Part shown: positions 51,021 through 64,000 of the stretch, one piece after another
How the letters are laid out: each line of letters begins with the position of its first letter
Position numbering within the stretch: position 1 is the stretch's first letter
Origin: Podarcis gaigeae
Taxonomy: Eukaryota
Assembly (NCBI GenBank): GCA_964106915.2
Contig: OZ066928.1
DNA length: 64,000 nucleotides
Reading direction: 5' to 3' (one strand)
Notes under the pieces: model-generated
Database searches by the model: none
What the model was told of the DNA's origin: nothing
What the model saw: the letters and a program-made list of their open reading frames with translations, nothing else
Translations under genes and position numbers: made by a program

Positions 51021-51750
51021 CAGGGCCGTCTTACCCATAGACGTTAGTGGTACAGGATGCCAGGATGCCAAGTTCTGGAGGGCACCAGACGAGAGTCTGG
51101 GGAACACGAATGAACATGCTGAGCGAGCAAGGGTGTGTGCACTGCTCCCGCTGAGTGCTGGCTCGGTTTTTCCCCTTTTAGCCTGCAGGCGCTGAATTCT
51201 GTGGGGGCCCAGAAGGCTAAAAGGAGAAAAACTGAGCTAATGCTTGGCGGGAGCAGCGCACGCACCCTTGCTCACTTGGCGCAGGCTTGCTTGGTGTGCT
51301 CGCTCGCCCAATGGGTTGAGGCTTAGGTACGCGTGGTGCCCCTCCTACTAGCCATCTTCGTTTTCGAGCCAGGCATCAGACACCGTGGATCTCCATGGGG
51401 CCGGCTCCCCCGGCCCACTCACCGCCCTCACCATGCCGTGCCAAAGCAGCACTGCGCCTGGAGCCTCTGCCTGCTATGGTCACTATGGCACGAAGCTGTC
51501 AGCTGAGCTGGGAGGCGCTACGTCCAGCCCCCTTCTCTTCCCTGCTGAAGGAGCCACCCTCCAGATGCTGCCTGCCTCCTCCTGCCCCACAAAGCTGGGT
51601 GCATCGCCAGCAGCGCCGTCCCATCCCAAGAGGCTTCTTCCGGCACTGCTGGTGTTCCCTCCTTAAAAAAAGGTTGACAAATCTGGGAAGTGGGGGTGGG
51701 GTTGGAGGGATCTTTGCACCACAGCACCAGATATGCTTAAGATGGCCCTG
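51021..51750. mobile_element. Non-autonomous hAT transposon (730 bp, GC-rich)
   Basis: TIR cagggccgtctta / taagatggccctg (one mismatch); perfect 8-bp TSD atcattgt (51013-51020, 51751-51758). Confidence 0.9.
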
Positions 51751-51979
51751 ATCATTGTCATGGGTATGCTGAAATCAAATTCCAAATGCAGCTCCCGAGA
51801 CATCTTTACCTGGCCATCAGGGTTTTAGGCAGGCTTCTCTTCTAGCCCTACCTGGAGATGCCTCTAAGGCAGATACTCTACCTTTGAGCTACAGCCCTCC
51901 TGCTTCTAGCACACATGGCTTCCAACAGTTGGAAGACAAATCTGATACCTCTTTACAACCCACACCCTCTGTTTATTTC

Positions 51980-52412
51980 AGGGGATGGGATGGGTTTTGA
52001 TTTAGTTCACAGTATAAAATGGGCCTACCTAATTCACACTTTCTGAAATAACATGAGAGCTGAGACACAGAGCCTTTCTAAATTCTCATTTCTCTGAATT
52101 TTGCAGTGCAGTTCTCCAAGCAAGCCATGTGTACCAGAATGCATATAGTGGGGTACAATTTGCATTAAAAAACAACAACCCACCTATTAGTGAAAACAAC
52201 AAACTAAATAATGAATTATCATAGGTAAAATTGTATACAAGCATGAGCTTATTTGGAGAAATTCACACTGAAACTGTTGATGGATTTTCATGAGGATTTT
52301 GAAAGATGAAAATAAATAACAAACTGAGATGGGCATGTGGGGGAACTGAACTTAAGATTGGGGGTGGTGATCAAAACTGAGTGAAACCAAAACTGGCAGA
52401 TTTGCTGAACCC
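51980..52412 (+). mobile_element. Old AT-rich non-autonomous element (three copies)
   Basis: ttttgcagtgcagttctccaa...gaattcacac...tttcatgagg...aactgaactt...aaactggcagatttg; reverse-complement copies at ~56205-56540 and ~61715-61885. Confidence 0.55.
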
Positions 52413-53827
52413 AACATGGAATGGGCTATACCAATCTGAGTTGATGAAACACTAAAGCACTGCCATTAACTTGTGGTTGATTATTCAAACAGGAACAGTA
52501 GTGCTAAACCATGACCCACTTGAGCCCATTTTTCATTTCATAATGGCCAAGTCAGGCACATACCCCCAAGATTATACTGCTCAGTGGTTCAGTTAAGCAA
52601 TTTATGCTCCGTTATGCTCATGGTCACTCCAGCATATTATTGTCTGCAAGGGGTGGATGTGTTAACCTTTCAAGGGGAATTTCCAGAGGATATCGCACAA
52701 ATGACTGCTGAGCATCTGCTGCAAAGAGGCAGAACATCAACAGTGACTTGCAAAGGAAGTCTGAAAGGCTGGTGTGAAGCTATAGCAAAACCTCAGTGGT
52801 TCAGTCCTTGGCATTTTGATACTTTGTGGAGTTTTTTTTTGTAAAGTCACTTAAATAATGCAGATAGAGTCCAAAAGGATAGAGCAGATAGAGTAGAGTC
52901 CTCGCAATACTTTCCTCAGCAAACTGAACAAAAACAGGAAACAAATGGCTTTTTCCTTCCCTGTACATAGCAGGGAGATATACAATACAACATACAGAGG
53001 GAAACTCCTTCAGAACCTACACAGCCAATCAGAGCATTTGCTATCTCATGGAAGATCATTCCTCTCCCTAGTAGCTAAGCAACTACTCTATCATCCCTCT
53101 CGGCTAGCTGGCTTGCTAACAACAGAATTAACCCTTAAAACACAAACTCAATAATCCCTGCTGTTGTTGCACTTCCAACAGTTTTAGCAGCATTATGCTG
53201 CTTTTAAACCTATACATGGCTGGACTTAGAATTGTAGAGTTGGAAAGGACTCCAAGGGCCATATAGACCAACCCCCGGCAATTCAGGAATCTCAACACAC
53301 AGTTCTCAATCCATTTCAAAACTACACCAGACCCTGCTTAGCTTTGCAAATGTGCTAGCAGTTTTATTGCTGTACCACTTGTACCATTAGAAAAAAAATA
53401 TTTTGGCCAGTAGTGGCTGGTGCCCATTAGGGCTGCTAAGGCAGAAGGCATAGTTGTCAACTGTAGGTGGGGCCAGAACCATTAGCAGGCGTAACCAACT
53501 AGTTCTCATTTCGCTCCCATCCACCTCCCCAACAAGGGACACCATTGAAGGACTGGATATACAGTAAGGAAGGCAGGGTATGGATGTGGGTAAACTGAGG
53601 TTGAGTGGGCCATTGCTCCCTCCACTGCAAGGAACCAGCCTCCACTGATTTTAGGTGTGGTATTTTTTAAGGATGCACTTGGGACATAGCATTATCCATT
53701 TATTTCCCAAAATTAATATCCTGCTTGGTTGTTGTTATTGTTTAAAAAAGCTCAGAGCAGTTTACAAAAAAGAATAAAACTACAAAATTATCAGTAAAAA
53801 CAGCTAAACAAATCAGTGATAACCTAA

Positions 53828-54189
53828 GGTAAAGGTAAAGGGACCCCTGACCATTAGGTCCAGTCGCAGATGACTCTGGGGTTGCGTGCTCATCTCACTC
53901 TATAGGCTGAGCAAGCCAGGGTTTGTCCGCAGACAGCTTCCGGGTCATGTGGCCAGCAGGACTAAGCTGCTTCTGGTGTAACCAGAGCAGCGCACGGAAA
54001 CGCCGTTTACCTTCCCGCCGGAGCGGTACCTATTTATCTACTTGCACTGGTGTGCTTTCAAACTGCTAGGTTGGCGGGAGCTGGGACAGAGCAAAGGGAG
54101 CTCACCCTGTCATGGGGATTTGAACCGCTGACCTTCTGATCGGCAAGCCCTAGGCTCTGTGGTTTAACCCACAGCGCCACCTGCATCCC
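53828..54189 (-). mobile_element. Sauria (Squam1) SINE
   Basis: Full length; 11-bp TSD tgataacctaa (53817-53827, 54192-54202). Confidence 0.93.
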
Positions 54190-54337
54190 ATTGATAACCT
54201 AAACACAGATTAAAACACATGCGGCAGCTGTTATAGTGCCAGTTACACACATCGAAGCAATCAAGTTGGCTTGCATGTAGAAGGTGATCCACGCATTCAT
54301 CAAACACTGACAAATAATAATCTCCTGTAGAGGGTAG

Positions 54338-54381
54338 CTGTGTGTGTGTGTGTTTTTGTGTGTGTGTGTGTGTGTGTGTGT
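54338..54381. repeat. Interrupted (TG)n microsatellite
   Basis: Direct inspection. Confidence 0.9.
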
Positions 54382-57300
54382 AAACAATATCCATAACTCC
54401 GAGTGCCTTGGAGGAAGGATTGGATCAAGAGAATCACTCGGTAATCAAAGGAATTGAGGCACAGACCATAGTGCAAATTTTCATCTACTGATTTCTCTGT
54501 ATTGATGCACCTTGGCAGATGAAGACGGTGGGCATTTTCTCACCTGCGTTGCACTTTCCAATATGCCCCAGCTATGCTGTGATACAAGTTATTTGTAAAA
54601 TATCTGGACATTTAGAATGCTGACACCTGCGTGACATCTTCTTGCTTAGTGTTGATTTTAATTATCCTTTGAATGTTCTACATAAACTATTTTAACCTTT
54701 ATTGATAATTTTATGTTTTTTGGTGTTTGTTTGGTTTTTTGCCAACTGCTTTGAGGTTCCTTTACAAACAAGCAGTGTGTACATGTTGTGAAACAAATTA
54801 AATAAAAAGTGTTTATTTGAAAAGTATGAAAGTGTCAACAGATCAGGTGCACAGCAGCAAAAGACTTGGATTTTGCACCACCTGGGTAACCTTCACCACC
54901 TGGGCCACTTTCAAATAATGGCTCTAGTTAAGGTTACAATGTATCAATAGAATTGAGAGCTAGATGTGAAGAGAAGTACAGGTAAGTGGTATTCAAAACT
55001 AGCTTTCTTGTTTTTATATTTTATATTTCAGTTTCACCTTCCTGCTACTGCTGTGTCTTTTTGAGGGAAAATTTAATTATCCTGAGAAATTATCTTTTGT
55101 CCTAAGAAATAACTTAGTCCCCGAAGCAAACACTACCGCTCACAGCTGACAGATAACTTTCCAGGGAGACCTTTTGTTTAGCGATCTCTCCAGACTTATC
55201 TTCTGTTTCAATCGATTCTGCAGTTTGCAGGGGCTTAGAGATGCTTGAAGTGCTTTTCAGCAGTCACCGAACAATCTGCTTTTGAAAGGAACAACCACAA
55301 ATCCTTCCCATCATCTCTCTCTCTCTCTCAAAACCTGGAGATGCAGGAGAAAACATGCAGATATAATCACAGAACAATGCATTGTTTTGCATTATTTTGC
55401 ATTGTGAGAGACTGAAGTTGCTGAATTCTGGTTTACTGATAAAGGGTGTTGTGTTTGTGTGTGCATGTTTAGGATAAGAGATCAATGTGTAGAAAGAATA
55501 TTAATCTACTCTGAAACAAAGGGCCAATATGGAAGAAATAAGAGGAACATGCAACAAAATATTGCAAAGTAGAGTGCTCTTGTTCTGCAATGTGTTCAGA
55601 TGGGGGCAATGAAGATGGTGGTCACATTCATACATTTCAAGCAGTAGTGAAATTTTTCGTAGGGGAACAGTTAGGGCCAGAGGTGCCAGCTTGTGAGGGT
55701 GATGGGGGGGCGACATCGCATGTGTGACATCGTGATGTTGCACACATGAGCATTTCACCTCTCTCTGTAAGCCAGGCAGAAGCTTCCTGAGCTTTGGGAA
55801 GGAGGTGCCAGGCCTTTGATAGGATGCTGGGGCCCTTCTGCCTCTTTCTCAAGGAGGGCTCTTGGACATATTTGGAACATTTAGGGGACCAGCCTCGCCC
55901 CACTAGGCCACTTACGGCACACCACTGATGACTTCCTATCAAGGATGCTGCCATAATGGCAGGAGGAGATGGGATTGCATGGCTTTTGAGGTTTCTTCCA
56001 AGATTCTGTGTTCAGGGTTCCAGCTATCCATGCTCCTTCCCAGCAAACACCATTCAATTCCCTCTCCCTGCCCCCCCATACTTTCTGTGCCTAATTCAAT
56101 CAGTCAGAAATCTGTGGACGTTGAACATCCTCAGTTTTCATTGGGCTGATTTGGGGTCTCTCCTCAATATTAGCGGAACTGTTCCACAGCCTGTTGTTAG
56201 CATTGGTCAAATCTGACATTTTTGTTTCTCTCCGTTTCTCATTTTCCCAATATTATATTAAGTTCAGTTCTCCAGATTTCCACATGTGCCTTTTTTTTTT
56301 AAAAAAAAAGGCCTCATGAAAATTCACATATTTAGTGTGAATTTCTCCTAATACACACATTTTTTAAAAAATTTTTTTGCCTAATGTACACATTTTTGAA
56401 AGCAACACCGTCTAATACAATGCATCACTTTCATTAATATACAGTACATGTTTTATATACACTGCAATCTAGAATGTACATTTTTTTGCACACATTACTC
56501 AGTTGGAGAACTTCATTGCAAAATTAGTAGAAGTGTAAATTGGCTCTCCGGTCCTTAAAATCCACAGGTCTCTGCACAAACATTTATGTGATCTTAAGCC
56601 ATCTTGGAACCAAAAGACAGTGAAACTTTAAATCACTCACAGGGTATTTCATTTCAGTCAGTCAAGGCAGACTCAGTCGAGCAGACAGTTGCTCAGTGAT
56701 TTATGGAAGGAAGGTTATTGTCTCGATGCGAAGAGATAAAAGTTTATTCATTAAATAAAAGTGTAGATTCTGCAAAAACAGGAAAGTCTCTTCTCATTTG
56801 ATGGGTTTATTTTTTATTTTATTTTATTTTTTCAGCATGCACAATTCTTTAAACCCTTGTAACTTATACATCATCATATTTATTGAACCATCCTTCTTTA
56901 TTAAGTTTTCGAGGCACTGCTGTCTGCATGTGCTCAAGGAAAGCACAAAACCATTTATCACAGTTGCAATATGTTGAGGAGCACAGAACATATAAAGACA
57001 TATACCCCCTGTGTCAATATATGCACTTGTTAGCAGTGCATGAAGTTTTCTCATACTGAGTCAGATTCCTGCCTATCTAGAGTTGCAGTGCCTTCCTTAA
57101 GACCATCAGCTCTTCTGGATCAAATGCCCATCAGGTTGAGCATTCCATACCCAATGGTAAGGCAGAGTTTGCTGGAGCCAGCACCAGACACGTAGCTCTG
57201 ACAGACTTGCAGTCCATGAGCTGCACCACCATGGCAGCGGTGACTAATCTGAACTGACACTACACACTAGTACACAGTAACACCGGTCCAGATTTTACTA

Positions 57301-57750
57301 CTGAAGCCTTGCAGTGCATACAGAAAAGGAATGGACATTTTACCCATTAAGTCCTTGGTCAACTGGGAGGCATGGGGCATTCTTAGTATGACAGCGTAAG
57401 TGCAGCAGGCCCCTGGAAGTGTACCTGGCTATCCCCACCCCTGACAGGCCTGGCAATGATAGTCAATCAGATGCCTCCAGGAAGCCCAAAAGCAAGGCAT
57501 GAAGACAATAGCTCTATCCTGTTGCTGTCTGGCATGTGAGCTTTTGAATTATACAAAACTCTTCCCCTGAGCTGGATTCACTTTTTAAAAGGGGACTAAG
57601 CACTGATGGCATCCAGAGCTATCTGTCTCAGGAAGAAGCCTTTGCCAAAGGCCTTGTGCATAAATGGGCATGCTTATCCCCTATAAATCCACTACTTCCC
57701 TATTGTCTTCACCTAGTGTCAATATTTAGGCTGAAAACTCCTTGAAGCAG

Positions 57751-59664
57751 GACTTCCGGGTTAGTGCCATCGATTAATGGTGGATTCCCTCCGAGCTCCG
57801 GAGGGAATCGGCTCTGCAGGATTGGGTCTTGCTGCTGTGGCGACGCGGGGACCCTTAAAAATCACAGGCGCAGAAGCCTGTGAGTGTGGTGACTCGGCGG
57901 GCACCATTTGTGCCCCCCAATCTGCGAAGGAGCCTTTTTTAAAGGCTTAGGAACGGGGACGGGGTGCGGCGCGGTGCTGAGAGTACTGCTTCTTCTGCAG
58001 AGTGAAGCCGCAAGCCATTGTCGGAGAGCGCTGACTTTTTCCTTTGAACTCCCCCCCCCCTTTGTAAATAACTTAAAGCAAAGGACCTGCTAGCTAAGGT
58101 CGAGAGAATTTTTCCTTTATTTTTTGTAAAAGACTTTAACTTCATGGTTTGATACTACAAGAATTCTTACTGGAGGATAAAAGATTAATTTTGGGAGATG
58201 AAGTTTCACCCCCCCCCCGGACCCGGGAGCGTCCCTTGAGAGAGCCTGTTGATGAAATACTGAAGAGTTTGACAGCTGTCAAGTTAGCTGTCAAGACGGA
58301 TAAAGAGAACCCTGCTTTTGTTGCTTCTGCTGGTTATGTTTGTTACAATTTGTTGAAAATAAGGAAGGGCTGATACAAAATAACTTGATTTTTGGACTTG
58401 AGCTGAAAAGAATATTAAGGAACTAAAATCCCCCTAGAGGGGTTTAGTGACATTACAGGAATGGCTGGAGGAGGGGAAATCCAGGCTGAATTGGACAGAG
58501 TATTTGTTCTCTTGGGAAAGTTACAAGGCCAAATCGATGTTTTGGCTACAAATGTTACAACTCTGGACTTAACAGTAAGGATTTGAAACAGGAAGCCTAT
58601 TCAATTGGACAAATAGAGAAACTTGAGAGTTTTGAGAATATGGAGAAGGAGACATATGTTGCCCCTGAAGAAAACGAAGGAGGAGCTGTAATTTTGCAGA
58701 TGTTAAAGGAGAGTTGTACTTTGAGGCCTGACATGATGGCAATAAAGGAAAATAAAAATCTGATGTGGAAAGTCTGGCCTGAATTGGAGAGTGGAGAACT
58801 GAGAGATCTCCTTATGTGGAGATCTGAAGACCGAAGGATTATAAATTTGACTAAGGTGGAAGTTGGAGCTCTGGGGACATTTGGACTTGAAAGGAGCATG
58901 AAACAAGAGTTGGAGCACCCCATAGGCTCTGTTTTTAAATATGGAGGTCTGGCTGGAAGAAACATGGATCCTGTTGGGCCGGAGCATCTCCGAGATTTGG
59001 GGTTTAAGATTAAGGACAATCAAAAAGACCAGCAGAGAGGAACTGAGAGAGAATTAAGAGCCTCGGATGTGAGATCTCCAGGCTAAACAGTATACTGAGA
59101 CTGATGGACATTCGTTGGGGGCTGAAACTGGGAAAAGGGTGGGTGGAGCCTGGGAATCCAAACGGTATATAATTATATTTTGTTCTGTTTTTATTTGATT
59201 CTGCTATTTGTACGGAAATTGGGAAAGTCGTGGAAGGGAAATTTTGGTCGACTTTAGGAAAAATATTTAAGAATGAATAATGAGGTATAAGTATTGATGT
59301 TGAAGTTTGGATAAGTCAAAACTGGTTTTTAAAAAATGGTCTAAATTAAATGAAAATAAGGTTTGCAAAATAAATTGAAGAAATGGAAGAAAGAAGAAAA
59401 GTAAAATAACAATATGTTAGAATAAATTATTAAGTTAAAGTGGAGAAATAAGTTAAGGACTTGCTGAGCTGATAATTTAAATTGGAATACAAGAAGGGGA
59501 GGTGTGAGGAGGTCTGAGAAACAAGTTAAAAGAAAATAAGTAATTGAAATATTATGTGTTTTTAATTGTTTTTAAGTTTTGGATTTTTGGATTTTTATTA
59601 TTTTTTGTCTATTTTTGTTTTTGTGTGGTTTTTGAAAATGCTAATAAATATTCATTAAAAAAAA
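57751..59664 (+). mobile_element. Full-length L1-mobilised non-autonomous element with ORF1-like region only (HAL1-like)
   Basis: 18-bp TSD gaaaactccttgaagcag (57733-57750, 59665-59682); CpG-rich 5' end starting (g)gacttccgg; AATAAA at 59643-59648 then an A tail; no endonuclease or RT motifs. Confidence 0.8.
58461..59086 (+). pseudogene. Frameshifted ORF1-like coding region of the HAL1-like element
   Basis: 58461-58586 MAGGGEIQAELDRVFVLLGKLQGQIDVLATNVTTLDLTVRI* shows heptad-spaced hydrophobics (coiled-coil-like) and overlaps ORF 58583-59086 (167 aa, E/K-rich) in another frame. Confidence 0.5.
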
Positions 59665-61480
59665 GAAAACTCCTTGAAGCAGACATCTGTCCCTTTTATT
59701 TTAGTTTTACATGTGTTGCCACAAAAGCAGTGTCCTGAAATCTGTGCCCCCTTTCTGTTGAGGATTAATTCCCATAGGGGTGATACATATGTGTGTTTGT
59801 TTCTGGAACATGTCAGTTGTGTGCAGGACTGAATCCAACAGTGAGAAGGGCCAGAGGTATCCTCTTTCTTTTTCTACCACTCAATTCTCTCTCCCTTTCT
59901 CTATCGCCTTCTAGCAGGCTGGCAGGGAAGGGATAGGGTTAGCAAAGTCACTTAACTAATGAAGATGGAGTCTAGAAAGAAGTCTTGATAACATCTGACT
60001 AAGCAAAATGGAACAAAAGCAGTTTGAAATTGGAGGAGAAAGGGACAGAAAGGTTTGACCTTTATTCGTTCAGACCTTGTACATAGCAGGGAGACATTCA
60101 ACTAAACATTCAGAGGAAAACACCCTCAGAATGACACAGCCCATCAGAGCATATGCTACCTCAGAAAGATCATGCCACTCCTGCTCCTCCACCACCACCC
60201 CCTCCCTTGGGTTAACTGGCTTACTGGGAACATAATTAACCTTTAAGTTACATATGGAGTGCTCTTTGCTGTTGCACTTCCAACAGATAGATTACTTCTT
60301 TCCCACCCAAGTTGTAAAGCTCCATACACAGTGATAGTAAACCACAAATAATGAAAATGTGTTAGTATCTCAACACTAACTGAAGAAAGATTTGATGTTT
60401 TCTAATGCTAGGGAACATCTTGCTTGGGTATCTACATTCAGTCCTCAACACATAAACCTTACAAAGAGGCTTTACGCTAAGTCAGATTACATGCCTTTCT
60501 TTCTCCCTAACTCAGGCTGAAACAAGTGTATTAATTGAGTCATATTTTTCTCTGTGATAGCAAACTTTACAGGTTTCCCCCAGGAGAGAGCTGACATAAG
60601 GTGGAAAGAGGAAGGTGCTTCAAACCCGAAGGTTTAAATTCACAGATTATTGCTAACATCAAAAAGTATTTCCCTTCTGTGTTCATCACAGGTCTTTTAC
60701 AAATATGACTCTGGAATATCTTAAGTAGAAGAAAACACAATACTGGGGAAAAAATAGAGACAGGGGAAAAGTTGATTTATATTGTTCAAGCAATTCCCTC
60801 TTTGTGAATTGGAAATGAACTAATGTACAGATCATAACATAATTACCCATTAGATTTCACACATCTCCAAATGTTGTGATACAGTCCTTGGTTCAAAAAA
60901 GTCTAAACAAGTATTTTAAATTGCAACTTTTTGTGAGATGCATGTATTTTAAAGGAGAGTACATACAGAAAAGGATACCAAGGAGCTGCTTGGGCTCCAA
61001 AATGCTGGAGAGGACACTCAGTAGTGATCATGTCAACTGTCCATTTCATCTTGGCATTCCATAGGGAGACAGAGCCTTCAACAGGATCACCAGATTTTTC
61101 AACTGGAAAATTCTCCATAGCATTCAGGAACACATCTGGTTCTATCACTCTCAGAGGGTAGGCCATCCAAATGGGCCCACCATGCTTACAGGAGAGAAAT
61201 GCCATAGTTACTTCAAAGATAACTGATAATGGTCTGACCATTAGGTAGAGCTGCCTACTCCTGTCCACCCCTTATATCACTTGGGGCAGAGATCAAGTGT
61301 GTGCTGTGACCGGTGTGTTGGACCAATGGCCACCTGAGAAAGACTAAATATGGCACTTAGTGTAACAACTTCATGGTGATTACCGACACTTTTTTTCTAG
61401 AAGAAAAGCATTGGAGAGTCCCATTTTGCCTAATATAGTTAGCTGTTGTTGTTGTTTCCACTAATGCTCGCACTTGAATA

Positions 61481-61706
61481 TAGTGGTACCTTGGGTTAAG
61501 TACTTAATTCGTTCTGGAGGTCTGTTCTTAACCTGAAACTGTTCTTAACCTGAAGCACCACTTTAGCTAATGGGGCCTCCTGCTGCTGCCGTGCCGCCGG
61601 AGCACAATTTCTGTTCTCAACCTGAAGCAAAGTTCTTAACCTGAAGCACTATTTCTGGGTTAGCGGTGTATGTAACCTGAAGCGTATGCAACCTGAGGTA
61701 CCACTG
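61481..61706. mobile_element. Tc1/mariner MITE
   Basis: Paralog of 37922-38163; TA flanks. Confidence 0.88.
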
Positions 61707-62301
61707 TACATGTTTTACCCTAGTATATGCTTTTTTGTGCACATTACTTGGCTGGAAAATCTCATTGCAAAATTTGGAGAAAGTGTGAATTTTGAGGGGT
61801 GGCTGTGTTTTGGTTCACACATTGTTTCAGACACTGCAGATTAGGTAGAGCTGCCTTTATATGCCAAATGAATATAATCTATCCCCTGTCTCTACCCTGC
61901 TGTTGCTCTTTGGCCCTTATGACTGGTTTCCAACCTGGCTTTCTGGTGGACCACAGATAATCACTACTCCTCAATCCTGGCTCCCAGTTTCTCACTGTCT
62001 TCCAGGACATTAATAGTCTGGTGCAGGTCTGGTGATGCTGCCTAGAGAGGACTGTAGTTCAGTCTTGCTTACCAGTCTGAAGAATTCTAGTAAGTTACTC
62101 CTTGGGAGCAGGAGATGGGAGTTAGTCCCCTGGGGTTCTTCCTTCTCCACATCTGTCAAAATTATCAGGCAGATGGGTTGCCTTGGTAGCTTCATTTGAT
62201 GCTGAGGACTGAAATCTGACTCACTATAATGCAGCTTGCTACATTCCTACTTTAAATAAACCCTTTATTCAGAGCCACAAGGAACGGAATATTAATTTTA
62301 A

Positions 62302-62475
62302 GGGGAAAGACTATGGCTTAGTGGTATAGCACATCTCTGCATGCAAACATTTCAATTCTATTGCTGGGATCTCCCAATGGGGACTGGGAGAGACTCCTTT
62401 CTAGAAACCCTAGGGAGCTGCTGCCCTAGATCGATCAATGGTATGACTTGCTATAACACTGTTTCTTATGTTCCA
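62302..62475 (+). mobile_element. Decayed Squam3-like SINE
   Basis: tatggcttagtggtatagca...gggactgggagagactcc...gagctgctgcc...ttcttatgttcc. Confidence 0.6.
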
Positions 62476-63364
62476 GACAATTAATGTAACATGAAAAGTA
62501 TTTCACACTGTGGGGATTCATGTTCTCTGTTTGGAATGTGCCACTGTCTGTGTTTATAATTCCAACCAGCTGTCCTTGAATTACACATTTCCAATAAAGT
62601 TAAAACAGCTCATTTAAAGAACAGCTTAACACATGCTTCACAGCCAACATAAAACAGATTAAAGAGACAACTGCTGCTTTGCATACCCCTCCCCATGAAG
62701 TAGTTGGTCTTGGAACTTATTCCAATAGCTATTAGATCAATCCGAAATCCATTTGATGATGCATCTTCTATTCCACCCCAATTAGTACAGCACAAATAAT
62801 GGGTTACAACTTGGCATCAGATGCATCAGGCCCTCTTTCCGAAGCAAATACGGCAGCCAGCCAGAGAATGCTTCCTTGAAAACAGGGTTTAGAAACTGCC
62901 ATGCATGTTTAAAAAGATAGTTGTTATCATGTCCAAGGATCTGGACCCCAGCACTTTTACATGAATAGAGGAAGCCTGTACATGAGGAGACCCTCGCCCC
63001 AGAAGGAACCATAACTCAGGGGTGAAGCACACTTTGCATGCAGAATGTTCCAGGTTCAGTCATCAGGTAAAGTGATAAGAAAGCAGTACTGCTCTGCTCT
63101 GTGAGATTTCTCAAAGGTTAGGGGGCAGAATCTCAGGTCCCAGAACTGAATGCGACCCTCCAAGCCTTTCTTGCTTGCTGTTTAGGTTTATGTGTTCAAA
63201 TAGGCCACAATTTTATTGGTTACAGGTGTGAGCAGTTTGGATTAGACATTGGGTGAAGCCAGACTAGATCTCGACTTCCGTCTATCTGCTGGGAATCCAA
63301 CTAAGGGACAGAGGGGGCCCTAAGACTTACATCAAATAGGAGCATCCCGCAGGGTCCTTGTTGG

Positions 63365-63367
<3 letters not shown>

Positions 63368-63407
<40 letters not shown>

Positions 63408-63772
63408 TTTTATTTATACTCCGCCCTCCCCGGCCAGAGCCAGGCTCAGGGCGGCTAACATCAAACAGGAATTACAATAAAATGTAATAGAAAACAACAA
63501 ACAAACAAACAAACAGTTCATTAAAATACAGCTTAAAATGCAGCCTCATTTTAGTGGTAGCCCATAAATCAAGACCATAAAGGGAGGAAACATCAGAAAT
63601 TCACCCAAGCCAGCTATCCACGTTGGTCCTACATGGGCCAGCAAAAAAGCCAAGGGAAAATTTATATACCAAATCCCACATAAGGGGTCAGAGTGAGTCT
63701 AAGCCAAAGGCCAGGCAGAACAGCTCCATCTTGCAGGCCCTATGGAAAGATGTCAAATCCTGCAGGGCCCTA
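63368..63772 (-). mobile_element. L2-type 3' fragment with (TTA)n tail
   Basis: About 13 AAT units, then tttatttatactccgccctccccggccagagccaggctcagggcggct; ...aaaggccaggcagaacagctccatcttgcaggccc at the far end. Confidence 0.7.
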
Positions 63773-63959
63773 ATAATAGTGGCATGGCCCTAGCCCACAG
63801 ACAGGATCCACACCCCTAGATCCCTTTAACAGAATACCCTTAATGAGGAGGGGCAGGTGGAGGCTACAGTCTCACCTCCCAAATGGCTTGCCCACTTCAC
63901 ACTCAAATTGTTTTTGCCTGGCTGGGCTGTGTGTCCTTGAGCTCTGATCATGCTTCTTG

Positions 63960-63960
<1 letters not shown>

Positions 63961-64000
<40 letters not shown>
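63961..64000. repeat. (CT)n microsatellite running off the window end
   Basis: 20 CT units. Confidence 0.95.

Noticed and set aside
55642-55927. Candidate hAT element cagtagtg...caccactg
   Set aside because: Flanking 8-mers (atttcaag / atgacttc) do not match and the TIR is short.
60903-61268. 121-aa minus-strand ORF
   Set aside because: No recognisable domain or exon structure; length expected by chance.

Overview
Repeat-rich, apparently non-coding (intergenic or deep intronic) DNA from a squamate reptile, most likely a lacertid lizard, judged from Sauria/Squam1 SINEs, Squam3-like SINEs and BovB. I found no credible host protein-coding exon; every recognisable ORF is a decayed retrotransposon fragment (L2, CR1, BovB, L1). 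The window also holds many short hAT, Tc1/mariner and PIF-like MITEs, several with verifiable TIRs and TSDs. Main highlights: (1) Three highly diverged ~0.8-kb elements (7733-8566, ~11465-12284, 30115-30900) all end in CGCAA and lack a normal TSD, consistent with tyrosine-recombinase (Ngaro/DIRS-type) retroelement repeats. They share a covarying RNA-like structure with a fixed 7x5 internal loop, plus a 10-11-nt segment complementary to the poly(A)-signal region ~300 nt downstream. (2) A young Penelope-like insertion forms a perfect 190-bp inverted repeat with a minimal hammerhead ribozyme on each strand; a third hammerhead sits in a 104-bp insertion. (3) A full-length 1.9-kb L1-type element has an 18-bp TSD but only an ORF1-like region (HAL1-like). 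(4) A 56-bp segment appears to have been copied locally into a CR1. Family names come from recognition by eye, not database searches, and many boundaries are approximate.
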